Assembly: GCA_964359655.1 (NCBI GenBank)
Contig: CAYHVI010000001.1
Coordinates: 3,164 to 67,163, forward strand
From: an uncultured Candidatus Saccharibacteria bacterium
Lineage (GTDB): Bacteria; Patescibacteriota; Minisyncoccia; Minisyncoccales; UBA10102
Length of the DNA: 64,000 nt
Reading direction: 5' to 3'
Shown: positions 18,458 through 27,574 of the stretch, one piece after another
Position numbering within the stretch: the first letter of the stretch is position 1
Layout: every line of letters starts with the position of its first letter
The notes under the pieces: generated by a model
The model's input: only the letters and a program-made list of their open reading frames with translations
Database searches by the model: none
Told to the model about the DNA's origin: nothing
Made by a program: the position numbers and the translations under genes

Positions 18458-19081
18458 TCAATTTTGCAGAACCTTTGAAAGATGCTCTTGCGATATGGTG
18501 CGCAAAAGAGTTTCATTTATACCTTGAGTATCAATATTTTGCAAGGATTCAATGTTGCTCTCCAAAAACATCCCAATGAATTCGGCAATTCTCGCGTCTT
18601 TGGCAGCAATCTGCTCTAAAGAAGGCGCATATCCTGCATAAGAAAGAAGGTTCCAAAGGAAATAATAAGCAAGGATCTTCAAATCGTGACTCTCTAGTCT
18701 CGAACGGTTCAGAAAAGAAAGTGTCCCTTTGAGCAAATTCCAAATCTTTTCGTCCCGCTCTTGGCCTTTGATGAGTTCATCGGTAACTTCTGCAAATCTT
18801 TGCATTGCGCGCATACGCTCAAAGCTATTGCGTAACAAAGGATACCGTTCTACAAGAGTGGCGTCGGTAATGGTTTTGCGCGCTTTCCCCTGAATAAATT
18901 CTAGCTCTGAAAGATAAAAAAGCTCCAAGCCTCCGCGAAGTTTGGAAGTAATCTTGCGCTCTGAAATTGCCTGCAATTTTAGTTTGCCAAAATCTTTTGT
19001 AAAAACCGTAAACAGCCGATCTGCCTCCCCTCTATCCTGCTTTTTTAAAATAATCCCTTGTGTCCTGTAATGCACCGTCAT
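18458..19081 (-). CDS. recO: DNA repair protein RecO (short form)
   Basis: GIILKKQDRGEADRLFTVFTKDFGK...SKL. Confidence 0.9.
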   Translation of the reverse strand: MTVHYRTQGIILKKQDRGEADRLFTVFTKDFGKLKLQAISERKITSKLRGGLELFYLSELEFIQGKARKTITDATLVERYPLLRNSFERMRAMQRFAEVTDELIKGQERDEKIWNLLKGTLSFLNRSRLESHDLKILAYYFLWNLLSYAGYAPSLEQIAAKDARIAEFIGMFLESNIESLQNIDTQGINETLLRTISQEHLSKVLQN

Positions 19082-22000
19082 TATTTTCGGATGGCGAGAC
19101 GGAGAGTTTGGCCTTCTAATGAGAACTCTTCTTCTACATCAAACGTTTGCTCTGACCGATCGCCCTCGCGCATTTCTTTCAACCCAACTTGAGACATAAT
19201 TGCTTTTTCATTTTCTTGCAGAATTTCTTTCAGTTCTTCTGCGCCCGTGTAGCGCAAACGTATTCTGTCTTGCGGCTTGTACCCTGCCTGCTTTCTCATT
19301 TCCTGGATATGGCGCATTATCTCGCGCAATGTTCCTTCTCTTTGCAATACGGGAGTAATGGTGGTATCGAGTTCTACCCCTTCTTTCGCGTTCGGATCGA
19401 CCAGAACCTCTTTTACATTAAGTTCATCCTTTATCAAATCCAGCAATTCTTTCGTCATTTTTAATTTTTCACTTTTAATTTTGAATTTTTGGAGCGGCTG
19501 TCTCACTTTTATTCCGACCTTCGCCCGTTCTGCCAATCCTTCTGCAACCAGCTTGCGAACTTGCATCATTTTTTTCTCGAGCTCTGCGTCAATTTTTTTT
19601 GAATCTGCTTTGGGCCAATTTTGCCAATGTACACTTCCCCTGCCCCCAAGTTCACCATAGATATACTCGCTCAAAAACGGGATGAGTGGCGCGGTCAACT
19701 TGCTGACTTCCAAAAGTACGCATCTTAAAACGCCTCTGGCTTCCTGAAGCTCTTTTTTGCTCTTGGGGTTTTGGGAACGTTGTCGAGAACGTCGAATATA
19801 CCACAAAGAGAGATCGTCGATCACAAAACTTTCGAGCACGCGCGCAGTTCCTGTGATGTCGTATTCATCAAACCTTTTGGTTGCCTCTCTTGTTATGGAG
19901 TGGATTCTCGAAATAATCCACTTATCTAAGATATTTTTTGTTTTGAGGTTTTGGGTTTTAGGGTTTGCTTGAGCATTGAGTCTTGAGGTTTGGGATTTTT
20001 TATATGTTTGGTAGAACACAAAAGAGTTCCACAACGTCAAAATAAATTTGCGCATTGTTTGCTGCAAATCTTTTTCCGCAAATAGTTTGGAATCCCACGG
20101 CTGGTTCAATGTATAAAAATACCAGCGAAGCGTGTCCACTCCATACTTTGCAATCATATCCCAAGGATTTACCACATTTCCTTTGGACTTGGACATTTTC
20201 TCGCCTTTCTCATCAAGCAAATGCCCCAAAGAAATTACGTTTTTGTATGGCGCTTTCAAGCCCAACGCCGTAGCCACAGCCAAAAGCGTATAAAACCATC
20301 CGCGTGTTTGGTCGATTGCTTCGCAAATATAATCTGCGGGGTAACCTTCCACGCCAGAAGCAAACGGCATGGAGCCTGAATCAAACCATACATCCACGAC
20401 GTCTTTTACGCGTTTCATTTGCCCTTTGCCACATTTTCCGCACTGAAATTCGATCGCATCAATGTACGGCCTGTGCAAATCAAGTTCCATATCTTCGTTC
20501 ATGGGAAGCCTCGCGAAAGCTACACGTCTTAACTCTCCTGGTTCAACTGCTTTTTTTTCGCGGAACTGCACGAATTTTTCTCGCGACATTCCCTTCATCG
20601 TTTTCTCCAACAAAGAAAGAGGTATCTCATGACTTACCAAAACAATGCGTTTCCCTTGATACTTTTTTTCTATTGCGGCTAGCAAATCAAACACGCGCTT
20701 TTCAACATCGACCCAATTCTCTCCCTGCGGCGGCCGTTCCACAAATCTACGCAGATAATGCTCCTGGATCGTTTCTCCTTCTTTTCTAAAGTATGCTCCA
20801 AACTCACGAATGTGCTTTCCATTGAAAATGCCTACATTAAGTTCTCGTAGCCGCGCATCGTAGATAATTTGCGCGCCAAGTTTTTTCCCAATGATTTCGG
20901 CAGTTTGTTTCGTTCGCAAAAGATCGGATGAAAAAATCAAATCAATGTTTTTGCGCAACAGACCTTCTGCGATTTTTGTAATTTGTTTCACTCCCTTGGG
21001 CGTCAAAGGAAACGGATCCGCCTCAGGATACGAACCCAAAATCCCCGTTACTTGACGCATAGAATGGCCGTGCCGCAAAAGATAGTACGTGTTTCCCGAA
21101 GTTCTTTGTTTTTTGAGATCGTCCAGAGAACCTATGACTTCCAAATGATCGCACGAACTGCACTCCCACACAGGTAAAGGAGTACCCCAGTACCGTTCTC
21201 TCGAAAACGCCCAGTCTTTCACCTCGGCCAACCATTCACCCATCCTGCCTACTTTCATATGGCTCGGAATCCAATTAATCTGTTGGTTATTCGAAATGAG
21301 ATCTTTTTTAATCTTCTGCATATTCACAAACCAGCTTTCTTTTGCGTAATACAGCAAAGGAGTCGAACACCTCCAGCAAAAAGGATATTCGTGTTCATAC
21401 AACTCTTCTTTGAACAAAAGATTTCTTTGCTTTAAATCTTCAACAATCAGAGGTTCTGCTTCTTTCACGAATACTCCTTGCCATTGAGGCACTAATTCGT
21501 TGAACTTTCCTTCTTCGTCTACCGTATGCCTTTTGGGAAGATTTAGTTTTTGCCCGAGCTTGTAATCGTCTTCTCCGTACATCACCGCAGTGTGCACAAC
21601 TCCTGTTCCTTCCTGCGTAGAAACAAAATCCGCCAGTGCCACATAATGTTTTTTCTCTGGCTGGCTTTTGAGAGAATCAAAAAGCGGTTCATATTCTATA
21701 CCTTCAAGGTTTTTTCCTGAAACTTCTTTGAGAATTTCGTAATCTCCCTGAAGAATCTTTAGAAGATCTTTGGCAAGAATATATATTTCTTCTCCTTGTT
21801 TTACTGCGACATACGAGATATTTTCCCCTACCGCAAGAGCGACGTTCCCAGGCAGTGTCCACGGTGTTGTTGTCCACGCCAACAAAAACAATTTTGAATT
21901 TTGAATTTTGAATTTTGAAATTGTTTCGGATTTCGAATTTCGGATTTCGAATTTCACAAAGACGGTTCTGTCTTTGACCGTCTTGTACCCTTGCGCCAAT

Positions 22001-22560
22001 TCATGCGACGACAAAGGAGTCCCACAACGCGGACAATAAGGCACCACTTTGTAATCTTTATATAACAATCCTTTCTTCCAAAACTGCTGGATAATCCACC
22101 ATAGACTCTCCATATAATTCTTCTCATAGGTGATGTACGGATTATCGATGTCTAACCAAAAACCTATGCGCTCTGTAAGTTCATCCCATTCTCTTTTATA
22201 TTCCCATACCGACTGTTTGCATTCTTTATTGAATTTTGCGATCCCGTATTGCTCAATTTCTTTTTTGGACTTTAATCCAAGTTTTTTCTCAACCTGCAAC
22301 TCTACGGGCAGACCGTGAGTATCCCAGCCAGCTTTTCTGCCAACGTAAAATCCCCGCATTGTTTTGTAGCGGCATATTACGTCTTTAAAAACCCGCGAAA
22401 GAACATGATGAATTCCGGGACTTCCGTTTGCCGTGGGAGGGCCTTCAAAAAATACAAAACGAGGAGAGCGCTTTCTCCTCTCAAGAGATTTTTCAAACGT
22501 TTTCTGCTCTTTCCACCGCTTCAGTATCTGCTCTTCCAACTTCGAAAAATCAGCTTCCAT
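19081..22560 (-). CDS. ileS: Isoleucine--tRNA ligase (type 2) with an inserted histidine-phosphatase domain
   Basis: FEGPPTANG, GWDTHGLP, WTTTPWTLP, SRERYWGTP, DQTRGWF, KMSKS; insert carries RHG. Confidence 0.95.
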   Translation of the reverse strand: MEADFSKLEEQILKRWKEQKTFEKSLERRKRSPRFVFFEGPPTANGSPGIHHVLSRVFKDVICRYKTMRGFYVGRKAGWDTHGLPVELQVEKKLGLKSKKEIEQYGIAKFNKECKQSVWEYKREWDELTERIGFWLDIDNPYITYEKNYMESLWWIIQQFWKKGLLYKDYKVVPYCPRCGTPLSSHELAQGYKTVKDRTVFVKFEIRNSKSETISKFKIQNSKLFLLAWTTTPWTLPGNVALAVGENISYVAVKQGEEIYILAKDLLKILQGDYEILKEVSGKNLEGIEYEPLFDSLKSQPEKKHYVALADFVSTQEGTGVVHTAVMYGEDDYKLGQKLNLPKRHTVDEEGKFNELVPQWQGVFVKEAEPLIVEDLKQRNLLFKEELYEHEYPFCWRCSTPLLYYAKESWFVNMQKIKKDLISNNQQINWIPSHMKVGRMGEWLAEVKDWAFSRERYWGTPLPVWECSSCDHLEVIGSLDDLKKQRTSGNTYYLLRHGHSMRQVTGILGSYPEADPFPLTPKGVKQITKIAEGLLRKNIDLIFSSDLLRTKQTAEIIGKKLGAQIIYDARLRELNVGIFNGKHIREFGAYFRKEGETIQEHYLRRFVERPPQGENWVDVEKRVFDLLAAIEKKYQGKRIVLVSHEIPLSLLEKTMKGMSREKFVQFREKKAVEPGELRRVAFARLPMNEDMELDLHRPYIDAIEFQCGKCGKGQMKRVKDVVDVWFDSGSMPFASGVEGYPADYICEAIDQTRGWFYTLLAVATALGLKAPYKNVISLGHLLDEKGEKMSKSKGNVVNPWDMIAKYGVDTLRWYFYTLNQPWDSKLFAEKDLQQTMRKFILTLWNSFVFYQTYKKSQTSRLNAQANPKTQNLKTKNILDKWIISRIHSITREATKRFDEYDITGTARVLESFVIDDLSLWYIRRSRQRSQNPKSKKELQEARGVLRCVLLEVSKLTAPLIPFLSEYIYGELGGRGSVHWQNWPKADSKKIDAELEKKMMQVRKLVAEGLAERAKVGIKVRQPLQKFKIKSEKLKMTKELLDLIKDELNVKEVLVDPNAKEGVELDTTITPVLQREGTLREIMRHIQEMRKQAGYKPQDRIRLRYTGAEELKEILQENEKAIMSQVGLKEMREGDRSEQTFDVEEEFSLEGQTLRLAIRK

Positions 22561-22616
22561 GCTCTTTAGAATACTACGTTTTGCATACCTTTTCAATTAC
22601 CAAATATCCTTTCAAA

Positions 22617-22652
22617 TACTACAAAGTATTGCCATGGCAAGAAGTTGTAGTA
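22617..22652. repeat. 36-bp palindromic repeat A1, abutting the stop codon of PaaX/Cas2-like gene 1
   Basis: TACTACAAAGTATTGCCATGGCAAGAAGTTGTAGTA. Confidence 0.85.
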
Positions 22653-23231
22653 TCAAAGTTTGAAGTATTTTCGAATCTCGCGATCAGCACCAATGTCTCT
22701 TGCCACAATCACTCTTAACTCTTTCTCGCTTAAAGCAAAGAATTCTCGTAAGAGCCCTATTTCGTCCTTACAGTTATATGGGTGAACCCAGACGCTTTTC
22801 TGAAGAGGATACAAGTTCAAACGCTTTAAAAATCCTCGCAAAGCCTCTCGCTTTATTCGCTGCGGCTGGACAATGTCGAAAATAATAATCCTCCAATTTC
22901 CATCCCACTGTTTTGGTTTCTTTATTTCCAGACTATTCACCTGAAACCTTCCTGCCTTCCTTCTTCCCTCTTCAGTGAGAGAAATATAAATCTGATGATT
23001 ATGCTTTTCCACCTTAATATATCCGTCCCGCCGTAATCGAGAGAACGTATCATATATCTTTTTTCTGCCGTATTTCTTCCTTCCAAGAAATGCTCTTAAG
23101 AGATTAGTGCCGAAATAGGGAGATGAGGAGGCGACCACCATTGCACCTCCCGCCGCAAGCCAAGTAAGAATATCTTTCGTAATCTCTGGCTTCGGTTTCT
23201 TTAGATAATATTTGTACTTACTCATATACAT
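22653..23231 (-). CDS. PaaX-like wHTH plus Cas2-like domain protein (copy 1)
   Basis: RLRRDGYI...LTEEGR wHTH; WDGNWRIIIFDI...REALRGFL...LQKSVW. Confidence 0.85.
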   Translation of the reverse strand: MYMSKYKYYLKKPKPEITKDILTWLAAGGAMVVASSSPYFGTNLLRAFLGRKKYGRKKIYDTFSRLRRDGYIKVEKHNHQIYISLTEEGRRKAGRFQVNSLEIKKPKQWDGNWRIIIFDIVQPQRIKREALRGFLKRLNLYPLQKSVWVHPYNCKDEIGLLREFFALSEKELRVIVARDIGADREIRKYFKL

Positions 23232-23236
23232 AATGG

Positions 23237-23272
23237 TACTACAATTTATTGCCTAGGCAAAACTTCGTAGTT
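23237..23272. repeat. 36-bp palindromic repeat A2, 5 bp before the ATG of copy 1
   Basis: TACTACAATTTATTGCCTAGGCAAAACTTCGTAGTT; 27/36 identical to A1. Confidence 0.85.
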
Positions 23273-23417
23273 TCTTAATAGTTCCTAACGAGTTCGTCAA
23301 CGACAGAAACTTTTCAATCGTTCCGCATTGCTCAAATCACCTTTTTAATGCTTTTTCAATTTGAAGTATAATGGCTTAGTATCTATTGTACCTTTTACGG
23401 AAAGGAGATTGAGTAAC

Positions 23418-23816
23418 ATGACTCTCAAGGAATGGTGGGAAAAACTTTATGACACTGTGCGTCTAAACGACTCTGGGGAATCTATTAAGTTCTTGGGACG
23501 TGAACCATCTTCCTTACTCCGAAGAGCAATCATGGAAGCCGATAACCCCTTTCCCCTGTCTCTCGGAGAACAGCTGCTCAACATAATCGCACAAGAACTT
23601 TTGAATCGGAATGTAGACCGTGGGGAGCGCATCTCAAATTTATTTGCAATAATAGTAAGTCGCTGCACAAGGACACTACGCGAGAAAGCATTAGGAGAGC
23701 TCATTGTTCTTGATGCAAAAGAACAAGTGGAAGATAGCATTATGGCTGTCGCTCTCCAGCGTCTTCCCTCGTTCTGCCCTTGGGATCCGAGATATTCGAG
23801 TTTGCTCAATAAATGA
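23418..23816 (+). CDS. Hypothetical helical protein
   Basis: ATG after AAAGGAG; followed by a strong hairpin. Confidence 0.65.
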   Translation: MTLKEWWEKLYDTVRLNDSGESIKFLGREPSSLLRRAIMEADNPFPLSLGEQLLNIIAQELLNRNVDRGERISNLFAIIVSRCTRTLREKALGELIVLDAKEQVEDSIMAVALQRLPSFCPWDPRYSSLLNK

Positions 23817-23850
23817 GGGCGGCAAAACCTTTTACGGTTTTGTCGCCCTC
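23815..23850. terminator. Hairpin between convergent genes
   Basis: GAGGGCGGCAAAACC...GGTTTTGTCGCCCTC. Confidence 0.7.
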
Positions 23851-23857
23851 TAACTTT

Positions 23858-24304
23858 TTAAATTCGGGGTCCGTAGTTTCGCTTCTTCATCCCGAAGTTT
23901 ATGAAGGCTTCCAACTTGTGCACGTGGGGAATCTTCCCCACCTTCTCGCGCAAGAACTTGCTGAGCTCCTCCTGCGAACACAAGGTAGCCCAGATGAAGA
24001 TATCAAAAGAACCCGTGGTCATCATCACCCAGTTGACCTCGCTCAACTCCGCAAGGGCGTTCTCTACGCAGTTCACCATCCCTGGCTTTGCCTGAATACC
24101 TACCAATACCTCTGAGGTGTAACCGAGTTTCGCAGGATCGGGCAGCGCCACCATTTTTATGTATCCTTCGCTGATTAACCGTTTCAGCCGACGCCTCACC
24201 ACTTGCTCACTCACTCTCAATAGTCTTGCGATGTAGGCTTTGGAGCGTACAGCGTTCTCTTGTACCATCTTGATGATTTGCAAATCGAGATTATCTAATT
24301 CCAT
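23858..24304 (-). CDS. Lrp/AsnC family transcriptional regulator
   Basis: LDNLDLQII, IARLLRVSEQVVRRRLKRL, TGSFDI. Confidence 0.92.
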   Translation of the reverse strand: MELDNLDLQIIKMVQENAVRSKAYIARLLRVSEQVVRRRLKRLISEGYIKMVALPDPAKLGYTSEVLVGIQAKPGMVNCVENALAELSEVNWVMMTTGSFDIFIWATLCSQEELSKFLREKVGKIPHVHKLEAFINFGMKKRNYGPRI

Positions 24305-24397
24305 GGAAACCTCCTGACTCGAGAGTTCAGCAAATTTTTGCTGTAAACAGGTTATACATCCTTTAAGGAGGATTTGTCAACGATCATTAGATTGTAT

Positions 24398-26137
24398 TCA
24401 CATCTTCTCAAGAGTTTGTATCCCAAGAAGATAAAGGCTGTTTTGGATGAGTTGGGCGACAGCAGAGGTAAGAAGCAAACGAAACTCTTTTTGCTGTTTG
24501 GTTTCTGCTTGAAGCACAGAATGCGCGTTATAAAAGGCATTGTATTTTTGCGCAAGATCAAACACAAAGTTGCAAATAAGATTCGGGGCATATTTTTCTG
24601 CCGCCTCATACACAATCTCTGGAAATTTGTATATCGTGCGCAGTATACCCAATTCCTCTGCCGATAAATTAGGTAAAACATTGCTACGTAGCAGTATACT
24701 TCTTGCCGCATTGGGCTTGTGTAGGATGCTCTGACAACGAGCGTATGTATAAAGCAAATAAGGGCCGGAGTTTCCATCGAGCGCTACTGAACGTGCCAAA
24801 TCAAACATAACGTTCGATTTCGTGTCGGTTTTGAGCACCGAATATTTTACTGCCGCGATTGTGCCTTTTTCCCGCACTTCCTCTTTTTCTTTCAAAGTAA
24901 GTTCTTGGCTTGTGATAAGGTTTGTCAAAAGATTTTTCACTTCGTTGAGCAACCCGTCCACTGTCACCACCACGCCTGTCCGAGACGAAATCTTCTTTCC
25001 AACCAACTGCACCATACCCATAGGCAAGTGATACTCACGAGTCTTAAATTTTTCATCAACCAGTTCCAAAGCCTTAAACACTACCTCAAAGTATCCTGAC
25101 TGCTCATTTGCCACCACGTGAACGTTCAAATCAAAAGGAAAATCTTTATATTGTAAAGGCGCCAAACCCATTTCCTTTGCTTCGTACGTAGGATTTCCTT
25201 CTTTGGTGACAAAGACTCTTTTGTGCAAACCATACTTTTCTCCGTCGAATATGATTGCGCCCTCGCTCTTTTCGAAAACCTTTCCGACGTTCTGCAATAC
25301 AATGTTCTTGCCTTGTTCCGCAACTTCACTTTCAAAGTAGAGTTTATCAAACGTGGTGCCAAAGCGAGGGTAAAAGTGTTTATAGTAATCTAAACTCCAC
25401 TTTCGGGTACGCTTGTATGCTGGCATGACGCTCCTGTCTTTGCGATATAACTTTGCATTAAGCTCATCAATGTTTTCTTTATGCGTTTCATACTCCTGAT
25501 TTCCCCTTACATAACCCTCACCCAAAAGATGAGCTTTTTCTTGCAAATGTAACTTTTCCGCATCGCTCCACGACATCCCTCGCTCTCCTAAAATCTTTTC
25601 TGTGCCCCATATAGCTTTTGCCACGTGCGGCCCAATATCTCCCTGATAGTTTGCGCGGAATACTTTCGTCCCATTCGCCTCAAAAATACGCGCCAAAGCT
25701 TCTCCGGTAATTAAAGTTCGCATATGGCCAATATGCATTTCTTTGTGCGTATTCGGATGCGCGTACTCCACCATTATCTTTTTGCCGCGAAGCAATGTGT
25801 TTTGCCCGAATTTTTCTTTTTCCCGAAGCACTGTTTGAAGCGTCGCTTCAAACAGTTTGCGCGCCAGGTAGAAGTTTATAAAGCCATTTACTGTTTCAAC
25901 TTTCTCGAGGATTTCTGATTGTTTACCGCTGATCGCTGAAGCGATTGTCTCGGCAAGCTCTTTTGGATTTTTCTTGAGCTGCTTTCCTAGAATCAGAGCA
26001 ATGTTCGTCGAATAATCTCCATGTTCTGGATTTTCTGGATGCTCCAATAAGATCTGCTCAATAGAAAAATCGCCCAATTCATTTTTGAGTTCCTTGAGCG
26101 CATTCCGAATGATTTTCTCAATTTCTTCTCGGATCAT
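24398..26137 (-). CDS. argS: Arginine--tRNA ligase
   Basis: GDYSTN, PNTHKEMHIGH, KISSRTG, GNSGPYLLYTYAR, C-terminal EKM. Confidence 0.97.
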   Translation of the reverse strand: MIREEIEKIIRNALKELKNELGDFSIEQILLEHPENPEHGDYSTNIALILGKQLKKNPKELAETIASAISGKQSEILEKVETVNGFINFYLARKLFEATLQTVLREKEKFGQNTLLRGKKIMVEYAHPNTHKEMHIGHMRTLITGEALARIFEANGTKVFRANYQGDIGPHVAKAIWGTEKILGERGMSWSDAEKLHLQEKAHLLGEGYVRGNQEYETHKENIDELNAKLYRKDRSVMPAYKRTRKWSLDYYKHFYPRFGTTFDKLYFESEVAEQGKNIVLQNVGKVFEKSEGAIIFDGEKYGLHKRVFVTKEGNPTYEAKEMGLAPLQYKDFPFDLNVHVVANEQSGYFEVVFKALELVDEKFKTREYHLPMGMVQLVGKKISSRTGVVVTVDGLLNEVKNLLTNLITSQELTLKEKEEVREKGTIAAVKYSVLKTDTKSNVMFDLARSVALDGNSGPYLLYTYARCQSILHKPNAARSILLRSNVLPNLSAEELGILRTIYKFPEIVYEAAEKYAPNLICNFVFDLAQKYNAFYNAHSVLQAETKQQKEFRLLLTSAVAQLIQNSLYLLGIQTLEKM

Positions 26138-26170
26138 AAGTTTAATCTAACCTTTTCTGTCGGTTTTGTC

Positions 26171-26206
26171 GAAAAAAAGAAAAACCCCTGACGTAAACGC
26201 CAAGGG
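26171..26206 (-). terminator. Intrinsic terminator after the small membrane-protein genes
   Basis: CCCTTGGCG-TTTA-CGTCAGGGG then TTTTTCTTTTTTT. Confidence 0.7.
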
Positions 26207-26244
26207 CAGAAACTTCTGATGTGGTACACCACCAAACTTGCCCA

Positions 26245-26352
26245 TTACTTGTTTTCTTTTGGGACGCGGGTTTTGAAGAAATACCAAAGTCCAGCAAAAT
26301 TAGCTGCTATCAGAAGAAATGCAATAATCAATTGGATTGTTTCGCTATTCAT
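26245..26352 (-). CDS. 35-aa single-TM protein MNSETIQLIIAFLLIAANFAGLWYFFKTRVPKENK
   Basis: Hand-translated; hydrophobic helix plus basic tail; 4 bp after the previous ORF. Confidence 0.65.
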   Translation of the reverse strand: MNSETIQLIIAFLLIAANFAGLWYFFKTRVPKENK

Positions 26353-26356
26353 AACA

Positions 26357-26449
26357 TTAGTTAACTTTTTTGGTACTCAAAATCAACCAAATAATGGTTC
26401 CTAAAGCTAAAATATTCGCACCGATGTAAAAAGGAATGAGGCTTGTCAT
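26357..26449 (-). CDS. 30-aa single-TM protein MTSLIPFYIGANILALGTIIWLILSTKKVN
   Basis: Hand-translated; ATGA overlap with the upstream stop codon. Confidence 0.65.
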   Translation of the reverse strand: MTSLIPFYIGANILALGTIIWLILSTKKVN

Positions 26450-26661
26450 GATTTTGTTGTTGCCTTCTCCCGCATAATTGCCATGGAAACTGCGAGAAAG
26501 ATTCCTGTCGCGATAAACCCTACTAAGATCGCTCCTATTTTTGCGTTCAACGATCCTTCTGCGCTCGACAGGAATGTTCCTACGACTAATGATCCAAACA
26601 GAATCTTTGCTCCATCAAGAAAAAAATTCGAGAGAATGCGTGCCCGTTCTTCTGTTATCAC
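26446..26661 (-). CDS. 71-aa two-TM membrane protein
   Basis: Two hydrophobic segments; first gene of a coupled trio. Confidence 0.7.
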   Translation of the reverse strand: MITEERARILSNFFLDGAKILFGSLVVGTFLSSAEGSLNAKIGAILVGFIATGIFLAVSMAIMREKATTKS

Positions 26662-26725
26662 AAGCTTATGTTACCAAACCAAACAATAATTTGTCAAGCA
26701 AAAGGACCGATGATACACTGACCAC

Positions 26726-27172
26726 ATGAAGGTATATGCCGAAAACAGAAAAGCGCATTTCAACTATGACATTTTGGAAACATTCCAGGCTGGTTTGGCA
26801 TTGCAGGGGCAAGAAGTAAAATCGGTGAGGTTGGGAAGAATAAGTCTTGCCGGGTCTTACGTGATTGTTCGAAGAGAAGAGCTTTTTTTGCGCGGGGCAA
26901 CCATTTCTCCCTACCAGCCAGCGAACGCTCCTACGAACTACCATGCAGAGCGCGACAGAAAGCTTCTGTTGCACAAGGAGGAAATCCAGTATCTTCTCGG
27001 TAAATCAAAGGAAAGGGGCTTGACTTTAGTACCCTTAAAGGCGTATAATGACAAGCGCAATATCAAGCTTGAGTTTGGCTTAGCTCGGGGCAAAAAGAAG
27101 GAAGACAAAAGAGAGAATATCAAAAAAAGAGAAGCCGAACGCGAGATTGAACGCGCCTTAAAATACGGGTAA
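26726..27172 (+). CDS. smpB: SsrA-binding protein
   Basis: ENRKAHFNY, AGLALQGQEVKS, RKLLLHKEEI, LARGKK. Confidence 0.98.
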   Translation: MKVYAENRKAHFNYDILETFQAGLALQGQEVKSVRLGRISLAGSYVIVRREELFLRGATISPYQPANAPTNYHAERDRKLLLHKEEIQYLLGKSKERGLTLVPLKAYNDKRNIKLEFGLARGKKKEDKRENIKKREAEREIERALKYG

Positions 27173-27177
27173 TGCAT

Positions 27178-27545
27178 GGGGATGTCTGTTTTGACAGCGA
27201 GATCAAGAAGTTCTTTGCGATGAGAGTATGGTCTCTTTTAAAACCAAAGCCCAGTTTGACTGGGCAGGCATACAACTGCCAACTTATTTGCCCCACAGCG
27301 GGCACTTGCTTACGCTTAATAAGCGCTAGGCCATTCGCTCTTTGACTCTCGATAAAAGAAGCGGGTGTCAACCATCGAGATAGATAGCTTTTTTGAAGGT
27401 CCGGAAGCTATTGATTTTAAGGACCATCAAAGAGAGAATGGTTTTGTCCAGTTCTCACATCCTCTCTTCAAATTAACTGGACTATCATCGTAGATGGAAT
27501 TTCTTAATCTCGCTGGACGAGGGCTCACTGCCCTCCATCTCCACC
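27178..27545 (+). ncRNA. ssrA: tmRNA; tag (A)ANLFAPQRALAYA at 27278-27319
   Basis: 5' GGGGATG pairs with 3' CATCTCC-A-CC including the G3-U wobble; tag ends ALAYA with tandem TAA; lies directly after smpB. Confidence 0.93.
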
Positions 27546-27574
27546 CTTCGACTTCGCTCAGGGTAAACTAACCT

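Noticed and set aside
20470-21100. Intein in ileS
   Set aside because: No C/S...HN splice motifs or LAGLIDADG; the insert has histidine-phosphatase motifs
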